A stretch of 64,000 nt of DNA, taken from the NCBI GenBank assembly GCA_001443025.1, contig LEKP01000001.1, positions 56 through 64,055 on the forward strand, in the 5' to 3' direction. Position 1 is the first letter of the stretch; each line of letters opens with the position of its first letter. A program made the translations under genes and the position numbers. Shown in pieces: positions 24,765 through 38,300 of the stretch. A model generated the notes under the pieces. That model was not told the origin of the DNA, did not search any database, and was given only the letters and a program-made list of their open reading frames with translations. Origin of the DNA: Parcubacteria bacterium GBS-2. Its GTDB lineage: Bacteria; Patescibacteriota; Minisyncoccia; Minisyncoccales; GBS-2.

Positions 24765-25136
24765 ATGAAGTTTTCAATAAAAATCGGAGATAAAGAATAT
24801 CCGATTGAAATTTTAGAAAAGAATGGCGAGGTGAAAATAAAAGTTGGAGAAAAAGAGTTTATTTTTGAAGAAAATAAGGAAGTTTTTTTGGCAAGGACTA
24901 AGTTGGAAAAAAAGGAGTTTAAGGAGAGAAAAATTTTAGCCCCAATTGGTGGAGTAATTAATGAAGTTTTTGTAAAAGAGGGAGATTTTATAAAAGAAGG
25001 ACAGAAACTTTTTTTGCTCTCTGCGATGAAAATGGAAAATGAAATTTTATCAGATTTCGATGGAAAAATTAAAAAGATTTTTGTGAAAAAAGGCGAGGTA
25101 GTTAAAAAAGATCAGTTGCTTTTACTTGGAGAATGA
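24765..25136 (+). CDS. accB: Biotin carboxyl carrier protein
   Basis: Biotinyl-lysine motif LSAMKMENEI within a lipoyl/biotinyl fold. Confidence 0.85.
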   Translation: MKFSIKIGDKEYPIEILEKNGEVKIKVGEKEFIFEENKEVFLARTKLEKKEFKERKILAPIGGVINEVFVKEGDFIKEGQKLFLLSAMKMENEILSDFDGKIKKIFVKKGEVVKKDQLLLLGE

Positions 25137-25657
25137 GAATTTTGAAATTTAAAAAATTGGACTCTACTCAAAAAAAAGCAAAAGAAATTGTTCAAAAGAT
25201 GAAACCTTGGACGATTATTCTTGCCGAAGAACAAATTTCTGGTTATGGCAGGAAAGGAAATTTTTGGTATTCCCCGAGAGGTGGGCTTTATTTTTCAGTA
25301 ATCTTACCAAAAGCAAAAATTGAAGATCTCCAAATTATGACGATTTTAAGCGCTTTTTGCGTGGCAAAAATTTTAAAAGAAGATTTTCAATTAGAACCTT
25401 TCATAAAATTGCCAAATGATATTTACGTTAGAGGGAAAAAAATCTGCGGAATTTTGACTGAAAATCTAATTTTCGGAAAAGAAATTAGAGCTTCGATTAT
25501 TGGTATAGGTTTGAACACAAACATCGAAAAATTTCCAGAAAATCTTAAGGAAAAATCAACTTCTCTCAAGATTGAATTGAAAAGTGAGATAAATAACAAT
25601 AAAGTTTTAGAAAGAATCGTAAAAGAAATGAAAAACATTTTTGAGAAAATAGCCTAA
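25133..25657 (+). CDS. birA: Biotin--protein ligase (short BirA, catalytic domain only)
   Basis: GYGRKGNFWYSPRGGLYFSV (GRGRxGRxWxSPxGxLYxS pattern), NDIYVRGKKICGIL. Confidence 0.8.
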   Translation: MRILKFKKLDSTQKKAKEIVQKMKPWTIILAEEQISGYGRKGNFWYSPRGGLYFSVILPKAKIEDLQIMTILSAFCVAKILKEDFQLEPFIKLPNDIYVRGKKICGILTENLIFGKEIRASIIGIGLNTNIEKFPENLKEKSTSLKIELKSEINNNKVLERIVKEMKNIFEKIA

Positions 25658-25662
25658 CTTCC

Positions 25663-25690
25663 TTGACATTATTTTTTTATTTCATAAAAT
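25663..25690 (+). promoter_or_regulatory. Sigma70-like promoter of the ATP synthase operon
   Basis: TTGACA (25663-25668), 16 bp, TAAAAT (25685-25690), 8 nt to ATG 25699. Confidence 0.5.
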
Positions 25691-26374
25691 GAATTTCTAT
25701 GGAAGTGCCAGAGATTTTACTTTTTCCAGAAAAAATTTTTGAAATTTTAAACTTTCCAGTAACTAGTACTTACATTTTAACCTTGGTATTAGGGGTTTTT
25801 CTCTTTTTCATTTTTTATTTTGGGTTGAAGAAAAAAATTATTCCCAATTACCTGCAGGCTTTTTTGGAATGGGCCTTGGAGAGTTTATTTCGTTATATAA
25901 ACGGAATGACAGGAGATAGAAAGAAAACTTTAGAGATATTTCCCTTAGCTGCTACCTTGTTCATTTTTATTTTTTTGGTTAATATCGTTGAAATTTTCCC
26001 TGGGCTGGGAGTTTTTCACTTTCTTCGTTCACCCAGTTCTGATTTAAATTTCACGCTTGCTTTGGCATCTGTTTCAATGGCCTATATTCACCTTTCCGCA
26101 ATTAAGAAATTAGGGTTTTCCCCTCATCTTAAAAAATTTTTTAATTTCAAAAATCCGTTTTTATTTTTCGTCGGAATCTTAGAAGGAATTAGTGAAATCA
26201 CTAGACTTTTTTCTTTAGGAGTCCGACTTTTTGGGAACTTATTTGCGGGAGAAATTCTTTTGATAATTGTTTCTTATCTTTTTTCCTTTCTTTTGCCTCT
26301 ACCTTTTTTAGCACTAGAAATTTTTGTGTGTTTTATTCAAGCTTTAATTTTTTCATCATTAGTAGTAATATTTT

Positions 26375-26868
<494 letters not shown>

Positions 26869-26881
26869 TTTAGCTCAAGGT

Positions 26882-27388
26882 ATGGAAGGACTTGAAAGCC
26901 TAGGAATAAACTGGAAGGTCTTATTAGGTCAGATTGCTAACTTTTTAATACTTCTTTTTCTATTGCAAAAATATGTTTTCCCAAAGTTCTTCCAAGTTTT
27001 AAAAGAAAGAAAGGAAAAAATTGAAGAAATAATAAGAAAAGAGGAAGAATTGGATAAAAAAAGTGAAATGCTGGAGGCAGAAGCGGAGGAAATTATTAAT
27101 AAAACCAAAGAGAAAGCAGAAGCGATTTTAAAAGAAGCTCAAGAAAAAGCAAAGGAAAAAGAGGCGGAGATTTTAGGAAACGCGGAAAAGGAAAAAGAAA
27201 AAATCATTCAAGAAGCAAAAATGTTAGGAGAGATGGAAATTCAAAAATTAAGAAATGAATTTTTAAAAAAGAATTTGAGGTTAGTTATACTTTTGGTTGA
27301 GAAAATGTTGGCAAAAAAAATTGACCCTAAAGAAGATGAAAGATTGGTTTTGGAATTGTTGAAAAAAATTGAAAATCATGAAAAATGA
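26882..27388 (+). CDS. atpF: F-type ATP synthase subunit b
   Basis: N-terminal TM followed by a long charged helix. Operon position. Confidence 0.8.
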   Translation: MEGLESLGINWKVLLGQIANFLILLFLLQKYVFPKFFQVLKERKEKIEEIIRKEEELDKKSEMLEAEAEEIINKTKEKAEAILKEAQEKAKEKEAEILGNAEKEKEKIIQEAKMLGEMEIQKLRNEFLKKNLRLVILLVEKMLAKKIDPKEDERLVLELLKKIENHEK

Positions 27389-27773
27389 GGTTCAAAGATT
27401 GGCGGAATTGTTGATTAGGAATTTAGAGAAAGTAGAAGATGAAAAGAAAAAAGAAGAAATGATTAGGGTATTTGTTCAAATTTTGAAGGAAAAAAACAAA
27501 ATACATCTTTTACCGAGAATATTAGAAGAGGTAAAAAGAAGAGAAAAAGAAACTGAAACTGTATTGGTCCTAGCAAGAAAATTTGACGAAGAAACTCTTC
27601 GGGAGATAAAGGAAAGGGTGAAAAAAATTTTGGGGAAGGAAGTTAAACTAAAAATCGATGAAGAACTTCTTGGAGGATTTTTAATCAAAAATGGTTCATT
27701 ATTAATCGATGCATCAATTAAAAATTTTTTAAATAAAATCGAAAAAATTCTATGGAAATTTACGAAATTTTAA
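27369..27773 (+). CDS. atpH: F-type ATP synthase subunit delta (short OSCP)
   Basis: Operon position between b and alpha. C-terminal LLGGFLIKNGSLLIDASIKNFL is OSCP-like. Confidence 0.75.
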   Translation: MKIMKNEVQRLAELLIRNLEKVEDEKKKEEMIRVFVQILKEKNKIHLLPRILEEVKRREKETETVLVLARKFDEETLREIKERVKKILGKEVKLKIDEELLGGFLIKNGSLLIDASIKNFLNKIEKILWKFTKF

Positions 27774-29243
27774 AAAAAGAAATAGAAAAAATAGAGTTAA
27801 AGGCAGAAGAAAAAGAAGTTGGTGAGGTTTTGGAGGTAAAAGACGGAGTTGTAAAAATTTCTGGGCTAAAAGCAGTTGAGAATTTTGAAATTGTAAAGTT
27901 TGAAAGAGCGGATGTTGAAGGGGTGGTTCTGAATTTGGAAAAGGAAACAGCGGGTGCAATAGTCTTGGGAGATTTTTCAAAAATTAAAGAAGGAGACATT
28001 GTGAAAAGAGAAAAAAGAATTCTCTCTGTCCCAGTAGGGGAAGAAATGATAGGAAGAGTGATTGATCCTCTTGGAAATCCTTTAGACGAAAAAGGGGAGA
28101 TTAAAACAAGTGTGTTTTTCCCGGTGGAGAAAATAGGACCTAGTGTTGTAGAAAGAGAGCCTGTTAATACTCCTCTTCATACAGGTATCAAGTTGATTGA
28201 TGCTTTGATTCCAATTGGTAGAGGACAAAGAGAGCTTTTTCTAGGGGATAGAACTACTGATAAATCTTATTGGGCATTGACCACAATTTTAAACCAAAAA
28301 AGAGAGCCAAATAGACCAATTTGTATTTATGTGGCTATTGGGAAAAAAGAAGCAGAAGTAGCTAGGATTCATGAAATATTGCAAAGAGAAGGTGCGATGG
28401 ATTATACAATCATCGTTTCCGCTTCTGCTTCAATGCCGATTTCTTTTTGGTACTTAGCTCCTTATTCAGGTTGTGCTCAAGGAGAATATTTTATGGAAAA
28501 AGGTAAAGATGCATTAGTTATTTATGATGATCTTACTAATCATGCATACGCTTGGAGACAAATTGCTTTGATTTTAAGAAGACCACCTGGAAGAGAAGCC
28601 TATCCAGGAGATATTTTTTATCTACATTCAAGATTGTTAGAAAGAGCAGCAAAATTGAACAAAGAAAAGGGGGGAGGCTCCCTTACTGCTATTCCTTTAA
28701 TTGAGACTCAAGAAGGAGATATTAGCGCTTTTATTCCGACGAACGTTATTTCAATTTGCGATGGTCAAATATTCTTTAATTATTCGCTTTATCTTAAAGG
28801 ACAAAAGCCAGAAATTGACATTGGTCTTTCTGTTTCAAGAGTTGGTTCTTCTGCTCAAACAAAAGCAATGAAAAAGGTGGCAGGAAAATTAAAACTTGAG
28901 TTGGCTCAATTTGCTGAACTGGAAAGATTTTTGGAGTTTATTGAAGAAGTAGACCCAGAGACTAGAAAAAAATTAGAAAGAGGAAGGAGAATAAAAGAAA
29001 TTTTAAAACAAGAAAGATTGAAACCACTTAGTTTCGAAAAAATAGTGGTAGCAATCTATTCAGCAGTTGAAGGATTTTTAGACAATATTCCGCTTGAGAT
29101 GGTAAGAAGTTTTGAGGAGAAATTGTATCAGAAAATTGAGAAAGAGAAACCTGAAATTTTAAAGAAGATTTCTGAAACAAAAGATTTAGATGAGCAAACT
29201 CTAAAAGATTTAAGAGAAATTATTTCTCAACTTGTAAAAGAAT

Positions 29244-29263
<20 letters not shown>
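27752..29263 (+). CDS. atpA: F-type ATP synthase subunit alpha
   Basis: PIGRGQRELFLGDRTTDKS (variant P-loop region), YDDLTNHAYAWRQIALILRRPPGREAYPGDIFYLHSRLLERA. Confidence 0.95.
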
Positions 29264-31736
<2,473 letters not shown>

Positions 31737-31747
<11 letters not shown>

Positions 31748-33293
31748 AAAAGAAATTGAAAAATTAAACAAAAAATTAAAAGATTTGGAAAAGCCAGAAT
31801 TTATTGAAAAACAACACCAAAAAGGAAAACTGACTGCTAGAGAAAGGATAAGTTTGCTTTTGGATCCTGGAAGTTTTGTTGAATTGGATCCTTTTGTAGA
31901 AAGCAGATCTGAGTATTTGAAATTGAAATACAAAGAAGAGAAATTTCCTGGTGATGCAGTAATTACTGGTTTTGGAAAAATAAACGGTCGACAAGTTTTT
32001 GTTTTTTCTCAAGATTTTTCAAAAATTGGTGGAACTTTAGGGGAAATGCACGGTGAAAAGATTGCAAAAGTTTATCAATTTGCAAGAAAAAATGGATGTC
32101 CGATTATTGGAATTTATGATTCTGGAGGGGCAAGAATTCAAGAAGGAATTTTTTCTTTACAAGCTTATGCAAAAATTTTTAGAGAACAAGTTTTATCTTC
32201 TGGAGTCATTCCCCAAATTGCGCTAATGCTTGGACCTTCTGCAGGAGGAGCCTGCTATGCTCCAGGGCTTTCAGATTTCATTTTTATGGTCGAAGGAATA
32301 TCTTTCATGTTCATTACAGGGCCAGATGTTATCAAAAAGGTCTTGGGAGAAGAAATCTCTTTTGAGGATTTGGGAGGAGCAAAAGTTCATTTTCAAAAAT
32401 CAGGATGCGCCCATTTTATTTTTAAAGCGGAAGAAGCATGTTTTTCAGGAGTGAAAAAATTATTATCTTATTTGCCACAGAATAATTTAGAAAATCCACC
32501 AACGAAAATTGGGATGCTAGCTGAAATTTTTGAAAAAGAAGAAAGCTTGAGACTTTTGGAAATTTTGCCAAAAGAAGAGGAAAAAGGATACGATATGAGA
32601 GAAGTGATAAAAGAAATCTTTGATCGAGGAAGTTTTTTTGAAGTTCAAGAAGGCTTTGCTCAAAATGCAATAGTTGGTTTTGCAAGGTTAGCAGGATATG
32701 TAGTTGGGGTAGTGGCAAATCAGCCAAAAATTTTAGCTGGAGTTTTGGACATTGATTCTTCAGATAAAATTTCAAGGTTTGTTAGATTTTGCGATTGCTT
32801 TAACATTCCAATAATTAATTTGGTCGATACTCCGGGTTATTTACCAGGGAAAGAGCAAGAATCAGGAGGAATCATCAGACATGGAGCAAAAGTCTTGTAT
32901 GCTTTTGCAGAAGCTACTGTTCCAAAGATTTCAGTAATTTTGAGGAAGGCATTTGGTGGAGCTTACATTGCCTTAGCATCAAGAAATTTAGGCTACGATT
33001 ATGTTATAGCTTGGCCCACTGCCCAAATTTCTGTGATGGGGCCAGAGCAAGCAGTAAAGGTTCTCTATAAAAAGGAAATTGCTCAGGCTAAAAACCCAGA
33101 TGAATTTGAAAAAGAAAAGATCAAAGAATTCAAGGAAATCTACCTTGATGTTTTCAATGGTGCAAAAGAAGGACACGTTGATATGATAATCAATCCAAAA
33201 GATACTAGAAAGATTTTAATTAAATGTTTAGAATCAATCTTTCAAAAGAGGGGAGAGAAAGTTCCGAGAAAACACGGAAATATTCCTCTCTAA
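31737..33293 (+). CDS. Acyl-CoA carboxylase carboxyltransferase subunit (PccB/MmdA type)
   Basis: 518 aa. GKLTARERISLLLDPGSF, GGARIQEG, MGPSAGGACYAPGLSDF, GGIIRHGAKVLYAF. Start overlaps the atpC end by 11 nt. Confidence 0.9.
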
Positions 33294-34249
33294 AAATTGG
33301 AATTGTCGGGATGGGAAGGACTGGTTCAATGTTCTTTCAAGAGTTGAAAGATTCTTTTGAAGTTCTTGGAATTTCAAAAAAGGAAGATATTGAGCTAATA
33401 AAAAAAGGGAAAATTTGGATCAAGAAAAATGGGAAAATCGAGGTTTTGAAAGGGAATTTTCTTTTAGATAAAGACTTTAATCATTCTTTTGACTTTTTGT
33501 TTTTCACAGTTAAAAATCCAGTAGGGCCTGCAATTTCTTTTTATTTTAGAAGAATAAAGGAGAAAAAATTGAAAATCCCAGCAATTTTTCTTTCTCAAAA
33601 CGGAATTGAAGCAGGTGAAGAAGCAATCTCTATTTTAAAAGAAATTTTTGGAGAAAAGGCCAAAGAAATTCCAGTTTTTAGAATTTCACTTTTTAATCCA
33701 GTTGAGAAAGAAATTGAAAATGAAAAAATTTTGATTTCTTATTCTTTACCAATTAAAATGGCTATTTCTCAAATTTCAGGTCCAAGAGTTAATGTTTCTG
33801 AGATTTTTGACAAAAATTTTAAAGTTTTCTTTATGGATTCAAAAAACGCAAAAAATATGGAATATTCGAAGCTTTTTTTGAACTTAATTGGAATGCCCTC
33901 TGCAACTTATGGTTTCTCAATTAAAGAAGGTTTTTTAAAAAAAGAAATTTTTAAAGAAGAAATTTTAGCCTTGAGAGAATACAAAAAAGTCGTTAAACTT
34001 TCTGGAGGAAAATTTTTGAACTTCCCAGGTTATCCCGTGGAAATTCTTTCTTTTTTGATTTCTCTTCCGATTTTTCTTTTGGTATTCCTGAGAAATATCT
34101 TGGTAGAAAAAATAGAAAAAGGAAGGGCAGGAAAAAAGAAGGATTTAGACGAAATAGATTATTACAATGGAGCGGTTTTGAAAATGGCAAACAAATTAAA
34201 GGTTGAGGTTCCAATAAATTCAAAAATTTTAGAGAGAGTAAAAAAATGA
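33224..34249 (+). CDS. Ketopantoate reductase (PanE/ApbA)-like NAD(P)-binding oxidoreductase
   Basis: KIGIVGMGRTGS Rossmann motif, FDFLFFTVKN, C-terminal DEIDYYNGAVLKMANKLKVEVPIN. Start uncertain: ATG 33224 overlaps the upstream gene by 70 nt, and the next ATG (33311) would cut the GxGxxG motif. Confidence 0.55.
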   Translation: MFRINLSKEGRESSEKTRKYSSLKIGIVGMGRTGSMFFQELKDSFEVLGISKKEDIELIKKGKIWIKKNGKIEVLKGNFLLDKDFNHSFDFLFFTVKNPVGPAISFYFRRIKEKKLKIPAIFLSQNGIEAGEEAISILKEIFGEKAKEIPVFRISLFNPVEKEIENEKILISYSLPIKMAISQISGPRVNVSEIFDKNFKVFFMDSKNAKNMEYSKLFLNLIGMPSATYGFSIKEGFLKKEIFKEEILALREYKKVVKLSGGKFLNFPGYPVEILSFLISLPIFLLVFLRNILVEKIEKGRAGKKKDLDEIDYYNGAVLKMANKLKVEVPINSKILERVKK

Positions 34250-34887
34250 AAGAATTTTTGGTTTTAATTTTTTCTTATCTTTTGGGCGCAATACCCTTTG
34301 GTTTTATATTCACAAAAATTTTTGCAAAAAAGAACATTTTAGAAATTGGTTGGAGAAAGACTTCAGGATCTAATGTTTTCAAGAATGTTGGAGCTCTACC
34401 TGGAGCTTTAACCGGAATTTGTGATGTTTTGAAGGGAGCTTTAGCAGTTTATTTGGCAAGGAAATTAGGATTTCCTCTTGAAATTCAATCTTTGTGTGCT
34501 CTTTTTTCTGTTTTAGGTCACAACTGGTCAATATTTTTGAAATTTGCTGGGGGAAGGGGAATTGGAACTTTCATGGGTTGCCTTTTAATTTTAGCTCCAA
34601 AAATTCTTTTTTACTCTTTAATTCCCTTTTTATTTTTTGCCCTGATTTTAGATACTTCACTCGCCACTATTTTATTTTTACTTTGCTCAATTTTTCTTTC
34701 TCTAAAAACCAAAGTTTTAATTTTTACTCTTCCAGTTTTCTTTTTCATTCTTTTGAAAAGATTGAGTCCAATAGGCGAACTTTCAATTAACAATAAAAAT
34801 TTGATTTTGGCAAAGTTAATTTTTGATGATGAAAAATTTCATCCAATGAGGTTTCAAAAAATCGTTCAAAGATTGACGAAAAAATAA
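34246..34887 (+). CDS. plsY: PlsY-like acyltransferase (copy 2, divergent)
   Basis: LLGAIPFGFIFTKI, CDVLKGALAVYLA, LGHNWSIFLKFAGGRGIGT. First motif degenerate (TSGSNVFKN). Confidence 0.65.
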   Translation: MKEFLVLIFSYLLGAIPFGFIFTKIFAKKNILEIGWRKTSGSNVFKNVGALPGALTGICDVLKGALAVYLARKLGFPLEIQSLCALFSVLGHNWSIFLKFAGGRGIGTFMGCLLILAPKILFYSLIPFLFFALILDTSLATILFLLCSIFLSLKTKVLIFTLPVFFFILLKRLSPIGELSINNKNLILAKLIFDDEKFHPMRFQKIVQRLTKK

Positions 34888-34906
34888 ATTTTGGCAAGAT
34901 AAAATT

Positions 34907-35989
34907 ATGGAGCTAAAAGAAATAAAAGCTGCAATTTCCCAAATTTCAGAAGAGAGGGGTATTCCTTTTGAAAAAGTTTTAGAAACTTTTGAACAAGCTC
35001 TAGCCTCCGCTTATAAAAAAGAGTACGGGAAAAAAGGGCAATTAATTAGATCAAAGATTGATTTGGAAACTGGAGAAGTAAAATTTTGGCAGGAGAAAGT
35101 AGTAGTTGATGAAAAAGAGGTTAAAGAGGGAAAAATTAAATTCAATCCCGAGAGACAAATTCTCTTTGAAGAAGCAAAAAAGATAAAGCCCGATATAAAG
35201 GTAGGAGAGGAATTGATAATTCCCTTAGAGGTCAAAAAAGATTACGGAAGAATTGCTGCTCAAACAGCAAAACAGGTAATTTTGCAAAAATTAAAGGAAA
35301 CTGAAAGGGAGTTGGTTTTCCAAGAATATAAATCAAAAGAGGGGCAAATTGTTTCTGGAGTTGTTCAAAGAGTAGAACCAAAGGCTGTTTATTTAAACAT
35401 TGGGAAGACTCTAGGAATTTTGCCAAAGGAAGAACAGGTTCAGGGAGAATTTTACAGACCTGGACAAAGATTGAGGGTTTACATTGTAAAGGTTGAACAA
35501 ACCCCAAGAGGACCATCAGTAATTTTGTCAAGGTCCCATCCAAAATTGGTTACCAGACTTTTTGAATTAGAAGTTCCAGAAATTCAGTCAGGTCAAGTTG
35601 AAATAAAATCGATTGCCAGAGAAGCAGGATCGAGAACAAAAATTGCAGTAGTTTCAAAAGTAAAAGAAATTGATGCAATAGGAGCAATGGTAGGCCATAG
35701 AGGGACAAGGGTTGGAGCGGTTATTAATGAATTAGGAGGAGAAAAAATTGATATTGTTTTGTATTCAGAAAAACCAGAAGAATACATTGCCAATGCTCTA
35801 TCTCCAGCAAAAGTTTTAGAGGTTAGAATTTTGCCAAAAAATAAAGCCTTAGCAATCGTTCCAGACGATCAATTGTCTTTGGCAATTGGGAAAGATGGCC
35901 AAAACGTAAGGTTAGCTGCAAAATTGACAAACTGGAAAATTGATGTTAAATCAAAAAGCGAAGTTGAAAAGGAAGAAAAAACTTCTTAA
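34907..35989 (+). CDS. nusA: Transcription termination/antitermination factor NusA
   Basis: N-terminal domain, S1 (GQIVSGVVQRVE), two KH domains (AIGAMVGHRGTRV; LAIGKDGQNVRLA). Confidence 0.9.
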   Translation: MELKEIKAAISQISEERGIPFEKVLETFEQALASAYKKEYGKKGQLIRSKIDLETGEVKFWQEKVVVDEKEVKEGKIKFNPERQILFEEAKKIKPDIKVGEELIIPLEVKKDYGRIAAQTAKQVILQKLKETERELVFQEYKSKEGQIVSGVVQRVEPKAVYLNIGKTLGILPKEEQVQGEFYRPGQRLRVYIVKVEQTPRGPSVILSRSHPKLVTRLFELEVPEIQSGQVEIKSIAREAGSRTKIAVVSKVKEIDAIGAMVGHRGTRVGAVINELGGEKIDIVLYSEKPEEYIANALSPAKVLEVRILPKNKALAIVPDDQLSLAIGKDGQNVRLAAKLTNWKIDVKSKSEVEKEEKTS

Positions 35990-35998
35990 AATAAAATT

Positions 35999-36586
35999 AT
36001 GGCAACATTAATTCCAATGGTCATTGAAAAAACCCCCTATGGGGAAAGGGCCTATGATATTTATTCGAGATTGTTAAAAGAGAGGATTGTTTTTTTAGGA
36101 GGTCCGATTACCGATCAAGTGGCAAATTCAATAATTGCTCAGCTTTTGTATTTGGCATCAAAAGATCCAGAAAAGGAAATCCAATTTTATATTAATTCTC
36201 CTGGTGGAGTAGTTACTGCGGGTTTGGCAATTTATGACACAATGCAATACATTAAATGTCCAATTTCAACTGTTTGTGTTGGGATGGCAGCTTCAATGGC
36301 AGCAACTCTTTTGACGGCTGGAACAAAAGGAAAAAGATATGCCTTGCCAAACGCAGAAATTCTACTCCATCAAGTAATGGGTGGGGTAAGCGGTGAAGCA
36401 ATTGAAATTGAAATTACTGCAAAGCAAATAATGAAGATAAAAGACAAAATAAACAGGATTTTAGCAAAGCATACTGGACAACCCCTTGAAAAGATTGAAA
36501 AAGACACTGATAGAGATTTTTACTTGACTGCTGAAGAAGCAAAAGCTTATGGATTGATAGATGAAGTAATTCAGCCAAAAAAATAA
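35999..36586 (+). CDS. clpP: ATP-dependent Clp protease proteolytic subunit
   Basis: [31 protein letters not shown] (Ser), LLHQVMGG (His). Confidence 0.95.
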   Translation: MATLIPMVIEKTPYGERAYDIYSRLLKERIVFLGGPITDQVANSIIAQLLYLASKDPEKEIQFYINSPGGVVTAGLAIYDTMQYIKCPISTVCVGMAASMAATLLTAGTKGKRYALPNAEILLHQVMGGVSGEAIEIEITAKQIMKIKDKINRILAKHTGQPLEKIEKDTDRDFYLTAEEAKAYGLIDEVIQPKK

Positions 36587-36612
36587 TATGCAAAAAAAAT
36601 ATCTAAAAATCT

Positions 36613-38097
36613 ATGGCAGAAATTTATTACCTAATTTTGACAATTTTTTCTTTATCTTTAGGGGCAGTTTTAGGTTACTTTGCTAGGCAGACAATAGTAA
36701 AAAGAGAAGAAAAAGAACTCAAAGAAAAACTCCAAAAGGTAAAAGAGGAGGCAGATTTGATTTTGAGAGAGGCAGAAAGAAAGAGAAAGAAAAAAGAAAA
36801 AGAAATTTTTGAAAAAGAAGAAGTTTTGGCAAAAAGGGAAACTTTTTTAAAGAGAAAAATTTCTGAAATTGAAAAGAGAGAACTGGAATTAAAAGAAGAA
36901 GCAGAGAAAATAAATAAAGAAAAAGAGGAGATAGAAAATCTAAAAACCCAAATTAAAGAAAGACTGGAGAAAATTTCTGGGATAAAAAAAGAAGAGGCAA
37001 AGAAGGAAATTTTAAAGGAAATCGAAGAGGAAATTAAGAAAGAAGCCACAGAAAGAATTAAAAAATTGGAAAAAGAAGGAGAAGAAAGATTTCAAAAAAG
37101 GGCAAGGGAAATTTTAGCTAGCACTATTCAAAGATTAACCCTTCCAGTAGTTCAAGAAACAACCACCTCAACCGTTCTTTTACCGAATGAAGAAATAAAG
37201 GGAAAAATTATTGGGAAAGAAGGAAGAAATATTAGAACTTTGGAAAATTTGACAGGGGTTGAAATTATCGTTGATGAAACTCCAGAAACAGTAACTATCT
37301 CTTGTTTTGATCCTATCAGGAGGCAAATTGCAAAATTGGCTCTAGAGAAATTAATCAAAAATGGAAGAATTCAACCTGCAAAGATTGAGGAAAAAGTTGA
37401 GGAAGCAAAAAAAGAGATTAATCAGCAAATCAAAGAAGCTGGGGAAATGGCTGCAATGGAATTGGGGTTGGTTGGAATTGATCCAAGGCTTTTACAAATT
37501 TTAGGAAGGCTAAAATTCAGAACATCCTATGGTCAGAATGTTTTGTTACATTCTATCGAAGTTGCTCTTTTGGCTTCAGCTTTAGCAGAAGAAATTGGAG
37601 CTAATGCCTTAGTTTGTAAAAAGGCAGGACTTTTTCATGACATTGGAAAAGCAATGGATTTGCAGGTTGAAGGATCTCATGTAGATATTGGGATCAAAAT
37701 TTTGGAAAAATTTGGAGTAGAAAAAGAAGTAATCGATGCGATGAAATCTCATCATGAAGAATATCCTTATGAGTCTGTCGAAGCAGTCTTAGTTCAGGTT
37801 GCAGATCAAATTTCAGGAGCAAGACCTGGAGCAAGAAAGGATACTTTGGAAAACTATTTAAAGAGAATTTCTGAATTAGAAAAAATCGCCCTTTCTTTTC
37901 CTGGAGTAGAAAAGGCTTGGGCGTTACAAGCAGGAAGAGAAATTAGGGTTTTTGTTAGACCAGAGGAAATTGATGATTTTGGAGCAAGAAAATTGGCAAG
38001 GGAAATTGCAAAAAGAATAGAGGAAGAATTGAATTATCCTGGAGAGATCAAAGTAACTTTAATTCGCGAAATGAAAGTGGTTGAGTACGCAAGGTAA
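36613..38097 (+). CDS. rny: Ribonuclease Y
   Basis: N-terminal TM, long coiled coil, KH (KGKIIGKEGRNIRTLE), HD domain (LLHSIEVA...FHDIGKA). Confidence 0.9.
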   Translation: MAEIYYLILTIFSLSLGAVLGYFARQTIVKREEKELKEKLQKVKEEADLILREAERKRKKKEKEIFEKEEVLAKRETFLKRKISEIEKRELELKEEAEKINKEKEEIENLKTQIKERLEKISGIKKEEAKKEILKEIEEEIKKEATERIKKLEKEGEERFQKRAREILASTIQRLTLPVVQETTTSTVLLPNEEIKGKIIGKEGRNIRTLENLTGVEIIVDETPETVTISCFDPIRRQIAKLALEKLIKNGRIQPAKIEEKVEEAKKEINQQIKEAGEMAAMELGLVGIDPRLLQILGRLKFRTSYGQNVLLHSIEVALLASALAEEIGANALVCKKAGLFHDIGKAMDLQVEGSHVDIGIKILEKFGVEKEVIDAMKSHHEEYPYESVEAVLVQVADQISGARPGARKDTLENYLKRISELEKIALSFPGVEKAWALQAGREIRVFVRPEEIDDFGARKLAREIAKRIEEELNYPGEIKVTLIREMKVVEYAR

Positions 38098-38107
38098 AGC
38101 TAATTTT

Positions 38108-38167
38108 CTAGTTAGTTGTCTGGTTTTCTAGTTATCTGGTTTGCTGGTTTTCTAGGTAGCTGGGTAA
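38108..38167 (+). repeat. Octamer array A: 8-bp-periodic CTRGTTWT repeats in the rny 3' region
   Basis: CTAG/CTGG at 38108, then 38120, 38128, 38136, 38144, 38152, 38160 (strict 8-bp phase). Confidence 0.85.
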
Positions 38168-38175
38168 TTCTTTAT

Positions 38176-38215
38176 TGCGGCCCAAGGTTTCATATTTTGA
38201 GCCGCATTTTTATTT
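38176..38215 (+). terminator. Candidate rho-independent terminator of rny
   Basis: TGCGGC (38176-38181) ... GCCGCA (38201-38206) followed by TTTTTATTTT. The loop is long (19 nt). Confidence 0.45.
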
Positions 38216-38300
38216 TAAGAAAAATATATTTGGTGAGGTTATAAATTAGGGCAATCGTCGTATTTTGTAACGGGTTGGAGAAGGAGTTTAATGCAAAATT

